The position numbers and the translations under genes were made by a program. Positions 56,527 through 64,000 of a DNA stretch of 64,000 nt are shown here, piece by piece. Positions within the stretch are counted from its first letter, which is position 1. Every line of letters starts with the position of its first letter. The stretch is from Hormiphora californensis. Its lineage: Eukaryota > Animalia > Ctenophora. A model generated the notes under the pieces. It was given only the letters and a program-made list of their open reading frames with translations. It did no database searches and had not been told where the DNA came from. The stretch is taken from NCBI GenBank assembly GCA_020137815.1, contig CM035353.1, forward strand, positions 8,804,001 through 8,868,000, given 5' to 3'.

Positions 56527-57385
56527 CTAGTATGTATGGTACAGATCTGATGAAGAGCCATCATTCTTGTTCCTTCCTCTGTAACCCCGAATAGAAAAAG
56601 TTATGGAGCGAACCATTGAAAATGATAGACGAACACGGAGGTATCGAATACACTCCTGGTAGGTATAGCCAGTTTTCCGCGATTTCTTGGTTGCGAGTTG
56701 CTTCAGAGTTCTGCTGAACTCTTGACCAAGTCCACCGGTCGTTGACATAACGAGGGGAGTAAAAGAAGCTTTTTCCACCTCGAGAATGCGATGTAGATAG
56801 TTCTTCTTCTTCCCTTGGGTTAAAAACCCTGTGCCCTTAGGTTAAAAACCCTTACGTCAAAATAGGTGCAGTCCATTGGTCCCCAGAATCCCCTCGTTCG
56901 AATGTCAAGGCGAGCTCCATCCTCTGTAATGGTCCCAGGTGGTAGTTTTGCTCCTCTAACTTCCAGTAGGTGGGGTTCAGCCTTAGTGTCGTAGCACACT
57001 TTGTCCAGCTCCGCAGTTAGAAAGTCTCGAACGCAATCGTGTCTGACCGCAACAAATCCCCCGCGTTTGCATGACATGGAGTGATCAATGCTGTTTTCCT
57101 CCCCTCAAACGCACTGTGTTGCTCTCGGCTGTCCCACTAGTGGGAGATCGTATCGTGCTGAGATTGAATCAAAGAACTCCTGGCGATTGAGTGTGAGCTT
57201 CAATGACTCTAGGGGTAGACAAGTGAGCCATGTTGATGCCCCTTTCTCGCTGAGTAGATCAAGGTTCCTCGCCTCTCTTGGCTTGATTGACTGAACGATT
57301 TTTCCCCTGCATTCCTTGTGATAATTAGCTTTGCCAGTTTTGATGCTGAGGGCTGTGGCTTTCTCAGTCTCAGGATTCGGTATAT
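56527..57385 (-). mobile_element. Degenerate 3' fragment of a second CRE family (frameshifted)
   Basis: Three ORF pieces: EKGASTWLTCLP..EFFDSISARY; SCKRGG..RHDCVRD..ARLDI..DVRV; EKASFTPLVMSTTGG. Confidence 0.85.
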
Positions 57386-57404
57386 ATTTCAAAAACCAGC
57401 CCAC

Positions 57405-57742
57405 CCATAAGGAACCATAATAAAGTTCAAGAGCCTCCAAGAGTGCCCAAGAGCGCACCCTATCCAAGAGAGACCAAAATCAAGAGCGCACCACAATCAA
57501 GAGAGACCAAAATCAAGAGCGCACCACAATCAAGAGAGAACCTATCCAGAAGATACCAGATGTGGTGCGCTCTTGAATTTGGTCTCTCTTGATTGTGGTG
57601 CGCTCTTGATTTGGTCTCTCTTGGTTGTGGTGTGCTCTTGATTTTGGTCTCTCTTGATTGCATGTGGTGTGCTCTTGATTTTGGTCTCTCTTGATTGTGG
57701 TGTGCTCTTGGAGGCTCTTGAACTGTATTATGGTTCCTTATT
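57405..57742. repeat. Foldback with ~33-bp internal tandem units
   Basis: caagagcgcaccacaatcaagagagaccaaaat units, in opposite orientation in the two arms; related fragment at ~50237-50300. Confidence 0.75.
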
Positions 57743-58055
57743 GGGTGCGCCTCAAGTAAGGGCTTTCTAATAACCCACCCGGCTTCGCCGGTTGGTTTTC
57801 CCCCGCCCCTTTCAACGTCAATAACACGGTTGCCATGGCAACTTAATTGGTAACTATGGGGACTGCCGACTGGCATGTCAAAAGTCATTCGAAAGTATTA
57901 ACAAACTTCCACTGGAAGTTCAAAAAGTTTGAGCAACAGCTTTACAGCTTTGGTCACATGAAGTGTTTTATGAAGGAGCAGTCTGTCGCTTAGATACCGC
58001 CTAACGAACGGCCATCACTTCGACGTCGTTCATCTCCAATAATAAATAATAGAGA
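57740..58055 (-). mobile_element. Third copy of the same Helitron family (CTAG end lost)
   Basis: Colinear with 30495-30806. Confidence 0.75.
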
Positions 58056-59001
58056 TGAGAAAACGACCTTGTCAAGTCCATCCTCAACCAAGACTTGAGA
58101 TACAAGCGAGACGAGGCTAGTGAGAAGCTGGCGATGAGAAACATCAAGGCAGTGAAAAACAAATTTCACGAGAAACGAAGATATGAGATCAAGGAGAAGC
58201 TAACTAAACGGGAAGGGCGGAACTTGGATCTTCTGGAAGAGAAAGGAGCGTCGACCTGGTTTACATGTATGATGTATATCTCTACAATCACACAGCTATA
58301 CGCTGAACCGGCAAGAATTTCATGATGCCCTCTCAGCCAGATACGACATGCCGGTCGTTGGAGAAGCTCGGGCCGTGGAATGTGCTTGTGGGGAGAAGAA
58401 CTCCATCGCTCACTCAATGTCATGCAAAATGGGAAAGTTCGTACAAAACCGTCACAACTGTGTGAGGGACTTTCTAGCCGCCGAACTCCAAGATGTTTGC
58501 TATGACACGAAGATTGAACCTCACTTGCTCAATGTAGGAGGAGCGGAACTACCACCGGGGACAGTGACAGGGGATGGGGCAAGGTTGGATATATCAACCA
58601 GGGGATTCTGGGGATCACAGGACTCTACCTATTTTGATGTAAGAGTTTTTGACTCAAGGGCCCAGTCTAATGAAACCGAGAACATCGCTGATTCGTATAT
58701 CAACCACGAGAAAGAGAAGAAGAAGAAATATGTTCACCGAGTAACAGAGATCGAGAAAGCGTCGTTCTCGCCGCTAGTGATGTCCATAACAGGAGGGTTC
58801 GGCACTGAATTCAAAATGTTCCTGAAGCAACTCGCCACAAAGAAGGCCCGGAAGACCGGCCACTCTTATGAGTAATGTATCAGGCACCTGCGGACTCGGC
58901 TGTCATTCTCTATGGTGAGGTCAATTACCTGTTCTATTCGAGGATACCGAGGAAGGAGTAGGTGTGATCTGCCTACAACGGACCTCTATCATATATATTA
59001 G
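58056..59001 (+). mobile_element. Degenerate 3' fragment of the second CRE family (insertion, premature stop)
   Basis: EKGASTWFTC; CACG..H..SC..RHNCVRD..ARLDI..DVRVF; EKASFSPLVMSITGG. Confidence 0.85.
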
Positions 59002-59163
59002 CTTTTTACTGTCACATTTATCATGCTCTTTTCTCTGTAGCCAGATGGCTAGCTCTCTATTTTTTCCCTGCCCGGGTGAATGCCGAAGGCATTCACCCGG
59101 ATGCCTTTTTACTTTGTAAAAAGGCATAGCAGGGTTAGAATTCGAAAACGACATTTTGGTATA

Positions 59164-60877
59164 CAGTCGGACCCCGATTTAACGGCCCCCGATTTAGCGG
59201 CACCCCGATTTAACGGCAGGATAAATTTCCCCCAAAAAAAAATTTTTTTAAATTTTTTGAAAATTTTTCAAAAGTGTATCAACCACGTCCGAATCGTGTT
59301 TCGAATCGGTGCATCTTATTGCATGTCTTGCCGGTAATTAGACGGTTCGAAACGAACAGATATGTGATCCCCATGAGGCCCATCGAATCGCAGTTTTGAC
59401 ACGTCTTGTTAAACTGGCTCCATGGGGATCACGTATCTGTTCGTTTCGAACCGTCTAATTAGCGACAGGACGTGCGATAAGATGCACTGATTCGAAACAC
59501 GATTCGGACGTAGTTGATATACCTTTGAAAAATTTTCGTAACTTTTTTTACAAAATTTTACAGAATGATTGGCAATGCTTTGATCGGTGCTCCCCATGAA
59601 TTTTCAGAGAAAAAGATATTTTGAAATTCAAATTCTTCTTCACCCCGCTTAAAGTGCCCCGATTCGGCATGGTATCACGTATCGGTTCGTTTCGAACCGT
59701 CTAATTAGCAGCAAGACATGCGATAAGATGCACTGATTCGATAAACGATTCGGACGTGGTTGATATACCGTGTGGGGCAATAAAAATGCCCCCCCAAGTC
59801 TACCATAGTTCTAGATATCGTGGAGCGCTAAAATTTGGTACAGTAACTCTATGAGACAAATAAATAACTTGACCAAAATTTCAGACCTCTAGCTCAAAAT
59901 TCATTTTTTTGATCGGAATGAACATTGCCATTCATTCCAGAAAAAATATTTTACGGTCTAAAATTTAACCAATTATGTTTGGCTATCGATTAGCTTTCCA
60001 ATGTGACCAAGATCAGCTAAATTGGACAACCACAAGAGACACAGTGCCATGTTTCTTAAAGTTAGTCAGGTCATGTGATCCTCACCGAATCATGGAGAGA
60101 TTCGGTATTGCTAATCAGGCCAAGGGGCAGAGGAATCTCGTATCACGGCCGCTAATGAGGTATGTGTATTGTGTACCAATACTGGGTGATGTGATTCGAG
60201 AAAAGAGGACATTTATCTGAAGAGCTACAGCATCGTCATCCCTCATTAGCAGCCGTGATACGTGATTCTCTTCCACTTAGACCAATTCGTAATACTGAAC
60301 ACTCAACGATTCGGCGAGGATCACATGACCTGACTAACTTTAAGAAACATGGCACTGTGTCTCTTGTGGTTGTCCAATTTAACTGATCTTGATCACATTG
60401 GAAAGCTAATCGATAGCCAAACATAATTGGTTAAATTTTGGACCGGAAAATATTTTTTTCTGGAATGAATGACAATGTTCATTCCGATCAAAAAAATGAA
60501 TTTTGAGCTAGAGGTCTGAAATTTTGGCCAAGTTATTTATTTGTCTCATAGAGTTACTGTACCAAATTTTAGCGCTCCACGATATCTGGAACTATGGTAG
60601 ACTTGGGGGGGCATTTTTATTGCCCCACACGGTAGTACCTTAGAAATTTTTGAAATTTTTTGAAATTTTTGAAAATTATTTTCTTTTTCTTATCAGAAAT
60701 GATCATGTAATCAATACGTGGACATTGTATTTAACACTTAGAGGTGTTTAAGTATAGTATTTTAGACAAAAATAGGGTTTTATAGGCCAAATATGCTTTA
60801 CCCCGATTTAACGGACACCCCGATTTAACGGACATAACCCTTTCCCCCGAGGGTGCCGTTAAATCGGGGTCCGACTG
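59164..60877. mobile_element. MITE family A, long copy with a nested element
   Basis: TA TSD; reverse orientation of 44035-44892. Confidence 0.9.
59768..60632. mobile_element. Foldback MITE (family B) nested in family A
   Basis: TA|ccgtgtggggcaataaaaatgcc...ggcatttttattgccccacacgg|TA; arms of roughly 0.3-0.4 kb. Confidence 0.9.
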
Positions 60878-61658
60878 TACTAACTAATCGGTAGAGGGAC
60901 ATTTTTTGGTCACACTTTCGTTGTGTGGGCAACGGTGTAGCAACTAGAGCCGTGCGCACAGTGACGAGCTACTCCTTCATCAAACACCTCATTGACACAG
61001 TTTGATGGACGTGTGTGTGTGCGCCACTCAACAAAACATGAAATGCTCTGCCGCGCGTTTCGCGTGTTACATACACATTTTCATCTTGCGAGTCGAGTGT
61101 GAGATGTTAGATAAGTAGTTAAGTTGGAATGTCAAAAGCTGGTTAGCAAGTGTCATGTGATTGGGAGTTAGCTAACTCTAAGCTATGTGAGAAGTATACT
61201 GACAGCTAGATCGTATGCATCTCACATTACATTATGACCAAGCCTTGATCCTGTTGGCAGTGACAATGTTACTGACATGTGAAACGGTAGGGCAGGGAAA
61301 CACAGCATTATGAATACATAATGCAATAATTCTTGTTATAGAAATGAATTTGTTAGGCCGGATGCATGTGGCCTCTTTTATTATGATTAGTTCCTTCTCG
61401 AAAATTTTTTGAAAAAAAACGAGAAAACTGAAAAAGTCGAAGAAAATCCGAAAAAAGGCTCTCAGAGTTGAAATAAATAGGGATTCCTAAAAAAGTTCAG
61501 TATTTACATAGCGTTTACACAGTCTTTACACAGTCGTTACACCCAGAGCGACTCTGGCTGCTAAATCTATTTCTGGCTGCAAGCAGCCAGAAATAGGGTC
61601 TAGCAGCCAGAAACAGATCGTGATCAGAGTTCCCCGCCAATTGTCTTGCTATAAACAG

Positions 61659-63236
61659 TGTTTATGGCGGAGGAGACGGTGGAGGCGTTGGTCAGAGTCA
61701 ACACACCACTCCTCAACCATCCCTCCAGCCAGTCTCTTCGATTTCTCAAGAAGAGCGGTTTCTCATATTAGAGCGGTTTCTCATATAGAGCGGTTTGTCA
61801 AGCAGGCAATTTAATGCTCAAAATGATTTTCCTCCCTATTTAATCCTGAACAGATCTCATTCATTGATGTTTCACAAGTTTGGAGAAAAACCCCAAATTT
61901 CCACAACAAATAGCATTTTGCCCCACTGTGCAGTCCACCTCTGTGGGTTGAGAATCTCTAAAAGTTTCCCTCCCATGAGATGCAGGGGTTTCAGGTGCCC
62001 ACACAGTCCACATACACACCCCGTGGCCGTCCCCCCTGTCCGTGATCCCCCTCCATTAATCACTTCAATATCCAATATTGTAGATTGTCATGGAGAGTGA
62101 CAAAAAATGGAACCCTTACGAAGAGGTCCAGCCTAAAATCAACTTTGAAGCATTCAAGCCCGGAGTTTTTTATTCGTGGAAAGCTAGGGCATGGGAATAC
62201 ATTCGAGATAAGGTAATCAAATAACCCCAATACAGATGAAGCGGGGACAATTTATGTCATGGTACTTGAAGTTGCTGAGTCCCAAGTGCGATCTCAAAGC
62301 GGGCACTGAGCTGGTCTAATTTTTTCTTGCCAGGGTGATCTTTTTAGCACGTGTGCTAAAACGATCATTAATTAAGGGTCACGGTCGGAAAATCGGAACA
62401 CTTTTGAGATCGGAACAACAGCCCCCCACCCGTATCTATGTCTCTCTCCTCTCACTCTTCGTCTCTCCATGTTGGGATAAAGAATACGGAGGTTGGTAGT
62501 GGTAGAGCGCTGGTGATACACATCAAGGGAAATCCCGCTGAATAACATGTAGAATCAGGTGATAAAGATCCGTAGAATTGTAACTGTGTAGGTAGAAAAG
62601 CTTTGGCAATCATGGCGCCTGGCGGCCCCAGCAATAGATCCCAAAACACCACAAACCACCACAGGAACACGCAACAAACAACCAACAACATGCACATTGC
62701 ACGTGCAGTATTCCCCCACAACCTCCCATACCCCTCCCTGGGCACCTCCTTTGCAACCCCCTCTATTTGTACGTGTGGATAATTCATCACACTCCTCATC
62801 ACGCCACGCATTTCTACTTCATAATTTTAAGACTAGAAAGCCCGTTGAAGTAGAGCACCCGTTGACCTGAATCCCCACACTCTCCCACACCCAGGAGCAC
62901 ACCTTTCACCTGCTGCACCAACCCGTAGGGGCGTAGGGGCTATGGCACCTCCTTGACAACCCCCCTCTATTTGCACGTGTGGATACGATATCACCCTCAT
63001 CACGCCACTCAATCTCTCTTCTCCCTGGTGTTCTCTCACACAATTTGCACTACTAATAAACAATACAATTTTAGGACCCTGTAAAAACATACAAAACTCC
63101 TGATACGAATAGAGTTCCGTGGACTTTAGTTGAGGCCATCAAAGATCCTACTGGTACGTTCCTAGGCAGAGAATCCTGGACAGAAGATGAAGTTAACTAC
63201 ACTCTTCGACATAGCGATCGCTATGAGGTTGCCCAG
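61659..63236 (+). CDS. Possible exons of an unidentified plus-strand gene (~61659-61757, 62083-62211, 63076-63236)
   Basis: Open segments with AG/GT borders, e.g. IVMESDKKWNPYEEVQPKINFEAFKPGVFYSWKARAWEYIRDK and DPVKTYKTPDTNRVPWTLVEAIKDPTGTFLGRESWTEDEVNYTLRHSDRYEVA; no family recognised; phases not fully reconciled. Confidence 0.3.
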
Positions 63237-63251
63237 TACGTAATTATTTCA

Positions 63252-64000
<749 letters not shown>

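Overview
Eukaryotic, almost certainly animal genomic DNA with spliced genes, (GA)n/(GT)n microsatellites and very dense transposon content. A marine invertebrate such as a ctenophore is my inference and is not proven. Three host genes lie in tandem on the minus strand: an intronless SCO1 (49200-50081); an ankyrin-repeat DHHC palmitoyltransferase of the Patsas/ZDHHC13-17 type (10 exons traced, 47326 to stop at 36097); and the 5' ~915 codons of a divergent UBR5/hyperplastic discs E3 ligase (21 phase-compatible exons, 33940 to ~2241, continuing off the left edge). Retroelements include an intact CRE-clade non-LTR element (PHD-RT-CCHC-RLE, 50425-53682) plus three truncated CRE copies arranged as two head-to-head pairs, a young gag-only LTR element (10266-13774), a ~1 kb near-perfect palindrome made of two Penelope 3' ends each carrying a hammerhead-ribozyme core (34997-35997), and CR1/L2 and RTEX-like fragments. 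There are also tandem Helitrons, a ~10 kb Helentron-like tandem array, tRNA-derived SINEs, and many nested MITEs with TA, TTAA, TAA/TTA, 3-, 4- and 8-bp TSDs. All gene models were read by hand and need RNA-seq or alignment confirmation.
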